Source: Eledone cirrhosa (taxonomy: Eukaryota). From it: a DNA stretch of 64,000 nt. The notes under the pieces were generated by a model. That model ran no database searches, was not told the origin of the DNA, and saw only the letters and a list, made by a program, of their open reading frames with translations. Position 1 is the first letter of the stretch. Each line of letters opens with the position of its first letter. This document shows positions 26,358 through 42,687 of this stretch, piece by piece. Location of the stretch: contig OZ024755.1 of the NCBI GenBank assembly GCA_964016885.1, forward strand, positions 1-64,000. Direction: 5' to 3'. The translations under genes were made by a program, and so were the position numbers.

Positions 26358-26598
26358 TACCCATCTGCCAGATAGTTGAACGTTCGAAAGTATATACTTT
26401 CCTTATGAAAAATTAACGGCTGAGCAGCCTAATTTGCATATTGAGTGAGTTAAATCGGTCAGGCATACCGAAAACGATAAGTTGAAAAAAATGAAAACGA
26501 AAAACGAAATTTCATTTCTCACTCTTAGTATGGCACTTACTTAAATGTAAGTATGTATGTATACGTACATACATATATGTATACAGACGTACAGTAGC

Positions 26599-26643
<45 letters not shown>

Positions 26644-26797
26644 CATGCAGGTACACATACATATATGCACGCATCAGTTTAGCAGACGCTTATTATAGCG
26701 CTTGCTTTGTTCGTTTGTCAACAAACTGAACAGCCTGAATTTATGCCATACGGTGTTAAGGCAACCACGTCACCTTTTTGTTCAACACTGACACAGG

Positions 26798-26842
26798 AAC
26801 GATGTACTAGTTTCAAGCTTGTTAGCTATCATCAGCACCGTT
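26798..26842 (-). ncRNA. Type I hammerhead ribozyme, copy 4
   Basis: Identical to copy 1. Confidence 0.85.
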
Positions 26843-26982
26843 TACCCATCTGCCAGATAGTTGAACGTTCGAAAGTATATACTTTCCTTATGAAAATTAA
26901 CGGCTGAGCAGCCTAATTTGCATATTGAGTGAGTTAAATCGGTCAGGCATACCGAAACGTTCAACTATCTGGCAGATGGGTA

Positions 26983-27027
26983 AACGGTGCTGATGATAGC
27001 TAACAAGCTTGAAACTAGTACATCGTT
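26983..27027 (+). ncRNA. Type I hammerhead ribozyme, copy 5 (inverted arm)
   Basis: CTGATGA 26990-26996, GAAA 27011-27014, predicted cleavage after GTA (A27020); extended helix I 26959-27045. Confidence 0.85.
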
Positions 27028-27181
27028 CCTGTGTCAGTGTTGAACAAAAAGGTGACGTGGTTGCCTTAACACCGTATGGCATAAATTCAGGCTGTTCAGT
27101 TTGTTGACAAACGAACAAAGCAAGCGCTATAATAAGCGTCTGCTAAACTGATGCGTGCATATATGTATGTGTACCTGCATG

Positions 27182-27222
<41 letters not shown>

Positions 27223-27462
27223 GCTACTGTACGTCTGTATACATATATGTATGTACGTATACATACATACTTACATTTAAGTAAGTGCCATACTAAGAGT
27301 GAGAAATGAAATTTCGTTTTTCGTTTTCATTTTTTTCAACTTATCGTTTTCGGTATGCCTGACCGATTTAACTCACTCAATATGCAAATTAGGCTGCTCA
27401 GCCGTTAATTTTCATAAGGAAAGTATATACTTTCGAACGTTCAACTATCTGGCAGATGGGTA

Positions 27463-27507
27463 AACGGTGCTGATGATAGCTAACAAGCTTGAAACTAGTA
27501 CATCGTT
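27463..27507 (+). ncRNA. Type I hammerhead ribozyme, copy 6 (inverted arm)
   Basis: Identical; predicted cleavage after A27500. Confidence 0.85.
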
Positions 27508-27660
27508 CCTGTGTCAGTGTTGAACAAAAAGGTGACGTGGTTGCCTTAACACCGTATGGCATAAATTCAGGCTGTTCAGTTTGTTGACAAACGAACAAGC
27601 AAGCGCTATAATAAGCGTCTGCTAAACTGATGCGTGCATATATGTATGTGTACCTGCATG

Positions 27661-27713
<53 letters not shown>

Positions 27714-27830
27714 GCTACTGTACGTCTGTATACATATATGTATGTACGTATACATACATACTTACATTTAAGTAAGTGCCATACTAAGAGTGAGAAATGA
27801 AATTTCGTTTTTCGTTTTCATTTTTTTCAA

Positions 27831-27867
<37 letters not shown>

Positions 27868-27939
27868 GCATAGGAGCCACCATATGTATATATATATGTA
27901 TATATATATATGTATGTATATGTATGTGTATGTATATGT

Positions 27940-28270
27940 AGGCACATGGCTTAGTGGTTAGAGCATTGGCCTGGCAATCGAAAGGTTGTGAGTTCAATTC
28001 TCAGACCGGGTGATGTGTTGTTTCCTTGAGCAAGACACTTTATTTCACATTGCTCCAGTTTACTCAGCTGTAGAAATGAGATGATAGGGACTGGGGTCCA
28101 TATCATTCCACTGCAAAGTGGTTGTGGAGGTGCCACGGCAAAAAAGCACGCAGCACTCACTGTAAATGAGGTTGGTGTTAGGAAGGGCATCCAGCTGTAG
28201 AAATCTAGCCAGAATCAGTTCCCGTCGCACCCTTGCAAGCAGGGAAAAAGCGGACTTAAAATGATGATGA
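27940..28270 (+). mobile_element. Full-length tRNA-derived SINE with RTE-derived 3' tail
   Basis: tggcttagtggttagagc A box, gagttcaattc B box, ccttgagcaagacactt body; tail matches LINE 3' UTR at 50120-50210 and ends (tga)n. Confidence 0.85.
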
Positions 28271-28374
28271 TTAAATGCGTGTCTGTAGAGCCTTTCCCGA
28301 ACGGGCAGGACCCCTCGGTATAATTGTAAGTATTAGTGGTTGTAATAAAAATGCTATCAAAATGTAATAAATAC

Positions 28375-28510
28375 CTTCACTGATTTCTTTCCTTATATTA
28401 TCAACAGAAGTTGGTATGTCACCCAAAGTTCGCTTTGTATGTTCCCGAATAGCAGTGAATTTTGATAAAACTGTTTCTAATTCCTTCTCCACTGTAAGAC
28501 AAATATCCAT
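28375..28510 (-). CDS. RMND5: First coding exon of an RMND5/GID2 homologue (CTLH E3 ligase subunit); no further exons recognised in the window
   Basis: MDICLTVEKELETVLSKFTAIREHTKRTLGDIPTSVDNIRKEISE resembles the recalled RMND5A N-terminus (MDQCVTVERELEKVLHKF); ends at a G|GTATTT donor, phase 1. Confidence 0.7.
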
Positions 28511-29244
28511 GTGTAGTTGAAGAGGATAAGTATGAAAGAACGAGGAAACTGTGGGGATATGTCGCCGGCCAACAAATGGTTTGTACAGGTAAGAGAAGGG
28601 AGCACCCCCCCCCCTCTCCGTGCTCCCTGGCAGAAAGGTCGCAAAAAAACAAACAAACAAACAAAAACGTGGCAACAAATAAATAGCAAAAAAAAACCCA
28701 ATAAATAAATCTATATTTCTTTTAACGGCTAAAAAAAGGGAATGTAAATATGTTGGAATAGCCTCATACATTGAAGTAAGCAGCAACTACAGCAAGTAAG
28801 CGGCATTTAGGCCGCTAAAATTGGATATCGCCTCTCCGGGTAACAGAATCCGGTGGTAAGAGGAAATGATGGATGAGACGAAGAGTGATTGAAGTTGTCC
28901 CTTTATCTATCTGTCTGTATGCCTGCTGTCGTACACGACCTAACGACCATGTTGTGGTAACTTGTCTTGCTAGAAATGACAGCAAAATAAACTTAGTTTC
29001 TACAACACACACACACATTGATTTGTAGCTCTATTTATAACTCTGTATCTATCTATAGTACGTCGCTGTGGCAAATAAAGAAAGATATCTATATACCTAC
29101 CTACCTATCTATCTATCTATCTATCTATCTATCAGGGCAAACACCTTTCTCTCCGGACAAAAACTCATCCCCTTCTTTAAGTACCATTTCAGAAGGAAGG
29201 TGAGAGTGGATAGAGTCGCTACACCCCAGTAAATTCGCAAATAA

Positions 29245-29375
29245 ACAGAGGTAACTGGCGAATCTGGCGAGGGCGCATGGTTGTTCCAGCACCTAAGCCT
29301 CGCCATCACCCGAGGTAACACTGCCAATGTGCTGGCTTGCCTCAAAAATCATTAGAGAGATTGCCCAGTACTCCT
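29245..29375 (+). mobile_element. CRE-clade 3'-terminal fragment
   Basis: EVTGESGEGAWLFQHLSLAITRGNTANVLACLKNH*. Confidence 0.75.
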
Positions 29376-30414
29376 CGCTGAATCCTTCCTTTGCATTTTC
29401 ATAAATAAATTGTGAGAGTTTTTCAAAGCTAGAAATCAAATAGAGATATTTTTATACACATTGTATTATATGTGTTTTTATTTTCATTCTGAAAGAAATG
29501 TGAACAATTTGTAATGTTATTTAAACACCTGTAAATAAAACCAATTAAATATTTAACAGAACTACGCATTTTAGCATACCTTCGTCTTCGTCTTACTTCA
29601 TTGTGAGAAATTCTAGTTTCCTCTCTTAATTCATTTCTTCTGTTAAATTTCCTCTGAACTCTTTTTCCTTATATCATTAATATTATTGTTCTTTAAGTTA
29701 GTTGTTGCATTGAAATGGTTATCACTATTATGCGTTGTATCAATATTGATAACGCAATTTTCTGAAGTGACTCTCTTGTAAAATAAATGTCTTATTTGCT
29801 TCCATTGACGAGAAAGGAGGGTAAGAAGAAATTAAAAAAAGTTTGGAGAATACAGTGGTCCATTTGTTCAAACAATGAAACACAACTTAGTAAACAATTG
29901 TTACGTTGACGCTTATCAAACTTTCACCGCCGTTCGTCTACCATTGCTGCATATGGGTGTATCTAGGTTTGTTTGGGTGTGTACGCACGTGTCATAAAGT
30001 CAATCATGTAATTATCTCCCCTTGGTAAACATGCATCTTATGGAGGAAGAGAGTGTGTGACATCTCAAGATAGACGTTGCAAAAGGTTTTGAGATAGATA
30101 AATAGATATGTAGGTAGATAGATAGATATATTTCTTTATTGAACAACTTAGAATCAAATAATTGTTTATACTTTTGGTAATTCGCTGGTAATTCCCTAAC
30201 AGCACCAACCGAAATGGAAGAGTACTGAGAGACAGCCTGCTGCAGGCCAACTTGATAGCAACCAACCTAAGGGTTAGGATGAATCCGGGGAAGATGTGGA
30301 CCTACATCTCAGATATGCACCTGTCCAAGTCCCAGATTGTCATTCTGGTGAGGAAAAAGTGGCAGAATAGTGTTCTGAACACAGAACCATACAACTATTT
30401 CAGTACACTGGGGC

Positions 30415-30745
30415 AGTGGCTTGGATGTTGCAGCACCTCACCCGAGGTAACAGGAGATGTTCTTCGGGGGGCGCTTGGCTGCTGCCGGATCTAACCCTCG
30501 CCATCACCTGAGGTAACTGGTGATGTTCCTTGTGAGGGCGCTTGGCTGTTGCCGGATCTCACCCTTGCCATCAAAGAGGTAACTGGTGATGCTCTTCATG
30601 AGAGCGCTTGGCTATTCCAGCACCTCAGCCTTGCCTCACACGAGGTAACTGGTGATGGGCGTGAGGGCACTTGACTATGCCAGCACCCCAACACCTGAGG
30701 TAACAGGTGATGTTCCTCGTGAGGGCGCTTGGCTGTTGCCAGATC
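30415..30745 (+). repeat. 66-bp minisatellite derived from CRE endonuclease coding sequence
   Basis: GAGGTAAC at 30444, 30510, 30576, 30642 and 30697; unit matches 29248-29311. Confidence 0.8.
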
Positions 30746-30769
30746 ATTCACTGGGAATAGTCGGCTGTG

Positions 30770-31414
30770 GTTGAGTTCATGTACTTTTGCATGGCGTTTG
30801 AGCCCTCCTGCTGATTTATATTCTCTACCACATGCTTGGCAGGCATGATGAGTAGCATCTCCAACAGCAGTCTGGTCTCACTTTATGACTGCGAAGATGA
30901 CTTTCAAGTCCAGCTTTACTGAGGCAGAGCCTTGCAGACGCTGCACGTCATAGGAGGACCTTCGCTGTCTGGATATGCAACAGTAATGCCCTTCCTCACA
31001 TCCCTCTTTACTTTCTCATATGCGATTCGAGATGCCCCAAAGGCAACTTTCCCCTCATATAGTCTTTCTCCCTTTATTACGATCAGCAGCAACATTTTCC
31101 CATGAATCAGCAGAGATGTTAGCGTCTATCAACCAATCCTTATACCTCTTTTTTGGTTTATGTGGAGGTCACTTTCCTTTAACTAACTCACCATAAGAGT
31201 TGTTTTGGTATTCTCGACTCCTTCATCCTGGCAAGGTGACCACTCCAACGGAGTCTTTGCTTAAGCACAAGAGCTTCTATACTGTCACACAGAGAGTTTT
31301 CCAAAATCTCAACATCACTGATGCGGTCCCTCCAGTGAACGCCATGGATCCATCTGAGACACATCTGATGTAAATGCTCCAATTGTTTTTAAGGTGGTGT
31401 CGATATGTGACCCA
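30770..31414 (-). mobile_element. RTE (BovB-like) LINE 3' fragment with C2H2 finger
   Basis: HQMCLRWI.GVHWRDRISD.EIL..SIEA...QRLRWSGHLARM..SRIPKQLL, PKKRYKD, CQACGREYKSAGGLKRHAKVH. Confidence 0.85.
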
Positions 31415-32834
31415 GGTCACATATCAACACCACCTTAAAAAACGTTTTTTTTCCATTTCAGGTAGACACGCTCCATCATCCACTTTTCTAAAAGATAAAT
31501 CATACACAAAATGCCAGCATGTAGCATGAAGAATAAACAAACAAAAAGAACAAGTCAATGAATACAATAATCTCTAAGTGAGCAATTTATTCACATTTTT
31601 GAACAACTTTTTTTTTTTTTTTTTTTAAACCAGGTTTAATAAAGGGTTACAAGGAAACTGAACAATCAAAGATGAAGGGATTTGTTAAAGTTTAAGTCAA
31701 ATATGAAGTAGAACCTAGACTTCTTGTTTGAGATGTTGAGATCTGTGGCCTGAGTTTTCGAACCAAGTTTGTCTATACTCATTAATTGTTACAGAAACAA
31801 AATGTGCAAAACAAAGTCTTTTGACATAGCATAAGTTTTTTTTTTGTTTTTGTTGAGTTTCTCTATCAGTGTTGCATTGGTCTTAGGTTGTACTAATCCA
31901 TGAAGTTCTTAGGATAGGGAGAAACGATCACAATTACAGAATCTGCCTGCAAAATTATAACTGTCTAAAGATTAATTAAAAAAACATTTATATATATATA
32001 TATATTTTTAACTAAGAAATTTTATTAGTTAAACAAGACTTCTTTGATGCAGAAAAGTCTTAGTAAAGGGTTTTAAAACTGACAGAAGCTGCAAGAGAAA
32101 GGAGCCATTTTGAAAGGCCTTGTATAGTCTCCTACATGAACAAGTACAACCTTCGTAGAAGGTAGAGGATCACAGATCATATCACTTATATACAATGGCC
32201 ACAAGAACAACACTCACTGTTTATAAAATGAAGGGGGAAACTTGCCATGGAGATGAACTATGGCAGGTGTATAAGTAAGTAGTCAGAAGTAGATCTCTGG
32301 GAACATCTAACTATTGAATCACACATATGTAGTAAGTTATACAACACAATTTTAATCTTACACGTAAGCAAATGAAACAGTTGTTTGAATTTGATGCCAA
32401 ACATATCATTTGCTGAGCAGAACATTTCTGCTTAAGAATCAGCAAAAAAAAAAAAAAAAAAACCATAAGGGGAGGGGTGCTGGACATATATTAACTTGTA
32501 TGGGTGCATTGATAGAGGAAAAAAGAAGCAGTTGGGAGAAAATATTAAAGCAAAATAAAATAATTTGAAATAAGTAAATAAAGATCTCCCTTTCAAATAA
32601 ATAAACAAATAATACTGCTTCCCATTATTTTCAGTGGAACTAATTTATTTCTAAAGCTAACTAGGGTTTAACTGCTTAAGAGCTGGTACCTTTTAGAGCA
32701 TGCATCTGATTCAGTTTATGTCTTAGGAAGATCAGTTACACAACAGGATGTAAATTTTTGTTGCTTTAGTAGTCCTGGTGCAGCATGATCACAGTCTCAC
32801 AACCAATGTCTATATACATGTGTAGGTTGCTCTG

Positions 32835-32876
<42 letters not shown>

Positions 32877-33283
32877 TGGGGATATCAGTATCTGTCTTGT
32901 TGGAATCAACATGTACACATACACACATACAAACAAAATGCAAGATAGGATAGGATAGGATACCTTTCTTTAATATCAAATTATTGATATAGTCTTACGT
33001 TGATGCAATTGAGCATGGTAGGCAAAAATTATAGATTATTTTTTTAAAGCTAAAAAAGCATCTTCAGTTTAAAAAGAGCTTAATTTTAAACAATGATCAC
33101 AGAATTAAAAGCTAACATATTAAGGTCTTACCAAAAATGGTTGCTAGTTTGAGCATATAACCTAGTCTGCAATGATAAATGTATATTCAGACAAAGTTAA
33201 AACGGGAACCAAAAAACTTTATACATCAACTAAAATTGCTGGAAGCTTTAAATGCTTATGATGGTTTCTCTTTCTCTCTCTCT

Positions 33284-33334
<51 letters not shown>

Positions 33335-34739
33335 TTTGTGAAGCTAGCCGAAGAGAATTGGTACATCTTTGGCCGTCTATTACTCACTCAATGGTATAAT
33401 AAGGTTTGTATGTTAGAAATACAAACCCATTACTCTGAATGCACACACACACACACATATATATATTGTAGTACAGACTTTGTTTAAAATTAAGTACCTA
33501 TATATGTCACTGTTGAAATTAACTATAATATATATATATATACCTCCTAAGCAATATGTACCTCATAGTCTATATTTATCTCAAATGACTATATGTACTT
33601 CAATTGTTAAATAAGTCTTAATTTTAGTTCCCTAAAATAGACACTGTAAATTTTTAAGAGCTTCTATACAAGCAAATAGAGACTTATAATCCAGTCAAAA
33701 TAAAAATGTCTATATTTTCATGAAATAAATTAGTTAGAGTACAGTGTAATGTTATCGAAATTACATGTTGATAAGCTAACTAGAAATACGAAAGTGAGAG
33801 AAGCCTTAGCTAAACTTCTTTTGATCTAATAGTAATATCTAAAATAAAGGACAATCTTTCTATGTAATAAAAAAAAATATCATTGAGATTTTTAAATAAA
33901 TAAAACAGTTGAATGTTAGAGAATTATAAAAACTTTCTAACAAATATTCTAAAATATTCTTTCATATTAAACAAACACAAATAAAGCCTGATTAAGTTTG
34001 TGATATACACAAGGGAAATTTAGGCATATCAGCTAAAAAATATACTTAATTGGATTAAAGAGATAACCCTTTTCATACTAATTCAGCCGAACTAGCTCCA
34101 GTTCCTATTTAAATTAAAATATCCCAACATAATTTTAAATAAGACCCATATGTTAAGCTGTAATCTTAATAATGGAATAATAATAATTTTAGTAAATTCC
34201 TAAAAATTCTTAATTAATTAAATGAAATAGAGCATATTTCATTAGAAATATTATCACGTAAGAGTTAAACAACAGTTTTTAGTTTAGAATGTTTTTAATA
34301 ATTAAAAAACTTAAAATTAAAAATAACAAGAATAGCTAATCTAATTACAATCTAATCAATTTTAATTAATTGTAAATCAAAATCACACTGGCATTAAAAC
34401 AGAATTAAGCAGGATTGGAAGCCTGTAGAATTTAATTTTGCTTATTTGTGTCACAAAAAACAAACAAAACAATTAGATTCAAGTATACATAGATTAACGA
34501 ATATGTGTGTGACTGTATCTGTTATATCTGTCAAAAATGTTCAGGGTATAGTTCTTTTAGTTTTAGTCCAATAAGATTATAAATTGCTCAATCATAATGA
34601 TAATCAATCACTATTGATTACATCATCATCATCATTCTCATCTTGATTATTATTATCATTATTAATGATTTCTTTCTTAGATATGAGGTCAATAATTAAA
34701 TTTTTTATTTTTTTTTTATTTGGTAAGGAAGGAAATAGA

Positions 34740-35166
34740 GTAAATTGAGGAATTCGGTATATTATTGGTACTTATTTTATTAACATGCCCACAAAAGAGA
34801 ATAAAAGACAAAGTTGACTCTCAGGGTGAGGTATTTGAACTCTGAATATATATAGAGAGGTGAGACTAGATACAGTCAGGCATTTAGTCTGACATGCTAC
34901 CATTTCTGCCAACACACCACCCTCTTATGATTATCATTAGTAATAATAATAATGGTTTCTGATTTAAGCTCAAGGTCAACAATTTTGTGGGGAGGAGAAA
35001 GTTGATTAAATCGATCTAATGTGTTACTGGTACTTTATTTTATCAATCCTGTAAGGATAAAAGGATGAGCTAACCTGGAGGTGGGGATTTGAACTCAGAA
35101 CAGAAAATTGTAACTAAACACTGCAAAGAATGTTCAAAGCTCTACCATTATTGCCAATCCACCACC
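34740..35166 (-). mobile_element. Two adjacent decayed tRNA-derived SINEs
   Basis: Same body as 22075-22470 (ggtactttattttatc, atttgaactc). Confidence 0.75.
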
Positions 35167-36224
35167 CTTAAATAATAATAATAATAACGAAAGCATAAAG
35201 GTAAAAGTTGCCTAAATTTCTTTAGTGTTATTTGTAAAGTCAAATAATATGTGACTTATCTATCTTTTCCTACAAATATGTAATTATGTAATACATTCTA
35301 TACACTCTATTCATCCATCCATACATATGTACATAGAAAAATTTAACTTTCTGCATACTAAGAAGAATTTATTTTAGATGAGCAAACCTTTCAAACAGAG
35401 ACATGAGGGAACAAAGCTCCAGTCAGCAGTGACAACATACAGTTCCTCAGAAGGCTACTGTAATTTGGGGCTCAAATATATATATAGCAAAATAAAATTA
35501 ACATGAAGGGGTAATTGTATCTATATGTTCTAGACAGGGTTGTTTTATTCTTTAAAATCATTTGATTATTGAATTTCCTAGTTATTTGATTATTTTGTAA
35601 ATTAGTTCTCAACAGATGTAAATATTTCTGTATTAGAAAACTGACAGTGTCAAGGAATATTTCCTTAGGATAACTGAATTTTAAATACTTTTCCGTATGT
35701 ATGTGTGTATGTGTGATATATTTGATGAGCTTTTCCAATTTCAAATAAAATATGCATTCTTTTGGCTTCATAAGTAATTAATTATATATTGTTGTTGTTT
35801 TTTTTAAATGGAAATTAACTTGAAATTAAAATGAAAATATAAATTGCAAGATTATAATCATATAAAGTTTAACACTACCCCCAGGGTAGTTTGTAGTTGG
35901 AAACAGTTTTATAATGAAGAGGGATTTGCAGAAGATCTTACATTGATAATCTCTAATCTAATCCAAGAAACAAAGTTGAGAGATCCTCAGATACGGGGCG
36001 GGGGCCAGGGGCAGTTAAAAACTATATTGACTGAGTGAGTGAGTGCAAAGGGAGTTTTGCCATTGAAGGTTTTTTTGTGCATATTTGTAAATATTTATCA
36101 TATATGCCAGCACACATGAAAAAAAAGGTGCATTTGGAATGTAGATATGTATTTACATATGTATTTACTAAAAACAAATTTGGTGGTAGTGGGTGGGGCA
36201 GGTCTGTATATGTATATACATGTA

Positions 36225-36255
<31 letters not shown>

Positions 36256-36341
36256 GTACATATATACTTATAATATATATATTATATATTATAATAAATA
36301 TAGATGTATTATAATATATTATAATATATATATATTTACAT

Positions 36342-36374
<33 letters not shown>

Positions 36375-37084
36375 CATATACATACATACACATGCATACA
36401 TATATAAATTCATGAGTCTATTCATATAGCTATAAAAACTAGTCAGAATGTGTATGTATATTAGCATAAATCAATATGAGGGCATTATTCTTTTCCAGTT
36501 GTAAGACAAGTCAAAATCAAAGCTCTCAGTATTTAATGCTCTAGAAATGATAAATAAGACATAATGGGGGAAAAGATGGATGTTCTGAGAGTTCTTAGGT
36601 AAATGTCACCTTGGTGGTCATCAACATCAGCAGCAACAGCAGAACAGCTGGTCATTTTTTTAAAAATCTTTTTTAAAACTTTTTTTTTAATTTTTTGAAT
36701 ACAAATTGATCCCTTCCACTTTAGAAGCTAACAAACAGAATCAAAAGAGAAATAGATGAGGAGTTGGAGGAAGATGACCATTTTTATGGTAAATAGATTA
36801 AAAGAATGAAATTGGTCAATTTATAATACATAGCTTAGTGCCAAAAGAACAATAAACCAAATACAAAAAATAAAAGATTAAAAAAACAAACAACTAAATA
36901 CCAGCATTGTTCGTAGTAATGAGGATGATCTAGATAAGCAACAAACATAATTTCATCTACAGTTACTATTGGTAACAAACAGACAATAAAATAAAAATGA
37001 TATTAACATTTTCTAAGCTTCTTCATAGTGAGATGATTTATTAAAAAAGCATCTGACTGGTTGCTAAATATTATAAATCATCAT

Positions 37085-39930
<2,846 letters not shown>

Positions 39931-39933
<3 letters not shown>

Positions 39934-40511
39934 GGTTTGAGGTTCACCACTGTATAGAGCTGGTCTATTCCGTAATGTAATAATATAGAGAGTACTCAAC
40001 GTAAAGCAGTTCAACCGTCTTTGCTTTTGTAGTTGGTGGTGCTAGTACGGAGTTAAATATTATAATGAAATGACAGGAGGCTGGATTTGTGTAAATCCTT
40101 GAAAGGTTTATTATACTATGATCATTTCAATGACCGGGTTCCGTATGAATCCGGTGATATCATCAGGTATTCGAAATATAATACGTGAATGTAATAGATA
40201 AAATCCATGGGGCTGAAAATCGAGGACCCGAGGGCGACCGCTATTCTGTTCCTTCAACCTCAGCCGGTCGCCCTCGAGTGACGTGGCTAAAGTTTACAGT
40301 GTACTACTACCGGTCAGATAAACGACAACAGAAAAGGATGGGAACATAAGTTAGCGTCAATCTCATGCCACAAGCTGAAAAGAAAGAAAGGAAGGAGAGA
40401 GAAGGGGGAAGGAAGAAGAGAAGCCAGGGTTAATGTCAGCTATAAGAAATGATCATAGTATAATAAACCTTTCAAGGATTTACACAAATCCAGCCTCCTG
40501 TCATTTCATTA
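39931..40511 (-). mobile_element. Penelope-like pLTR remnant with hammerhead and inverted 66-bp copy
   Basis: 40063-40128 is the exact reverse complement of 40446-40511; hammerhead plus AATAAA on minus; both ends abut (TA)n. Confidence 0.7.
40113..40170 (-). ncRNA. Type I hammerhead ribozyme (second family)
   Basis: AUAC CUGAUGA U AUCACCGG (13 nt) CCGGUCAU U GAAA UGAUCA UA^GUAU AAUAAA; palindromic AUGAUCAU helix III. Confidence 0.75.

Positions 40512-42687
<2,176 letters not shown>

Larger units (their letters stand above)
25068..27835. mobile_element. Hammerhead-containing tandem array (retrozyme/Penelope-like), ~3.9 direct plus ~1.8 inverted units, flanked by (TA)n
   Basis: Hammerhead-to-hammerhead spacing is 497, 487 and 485 bp on the left arm and 480 bp on the right; units near-identical except (TA)n length; inversion junction at ~26956. 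Confidence 0.9.

Noticed and set aside
25238-27598. Six repeated 64-73 aa ORFs (MFVCQQ...)
   Set aside because: TTG starts, no recognisable domain, antisense to the ribozyme; a by-product of the repeat.
27940-28010. tRNA gene (likewise 838-900 and 18980-19040)
   Set aside because: A/B boxes are SINE heads; no complete cloverleaf.
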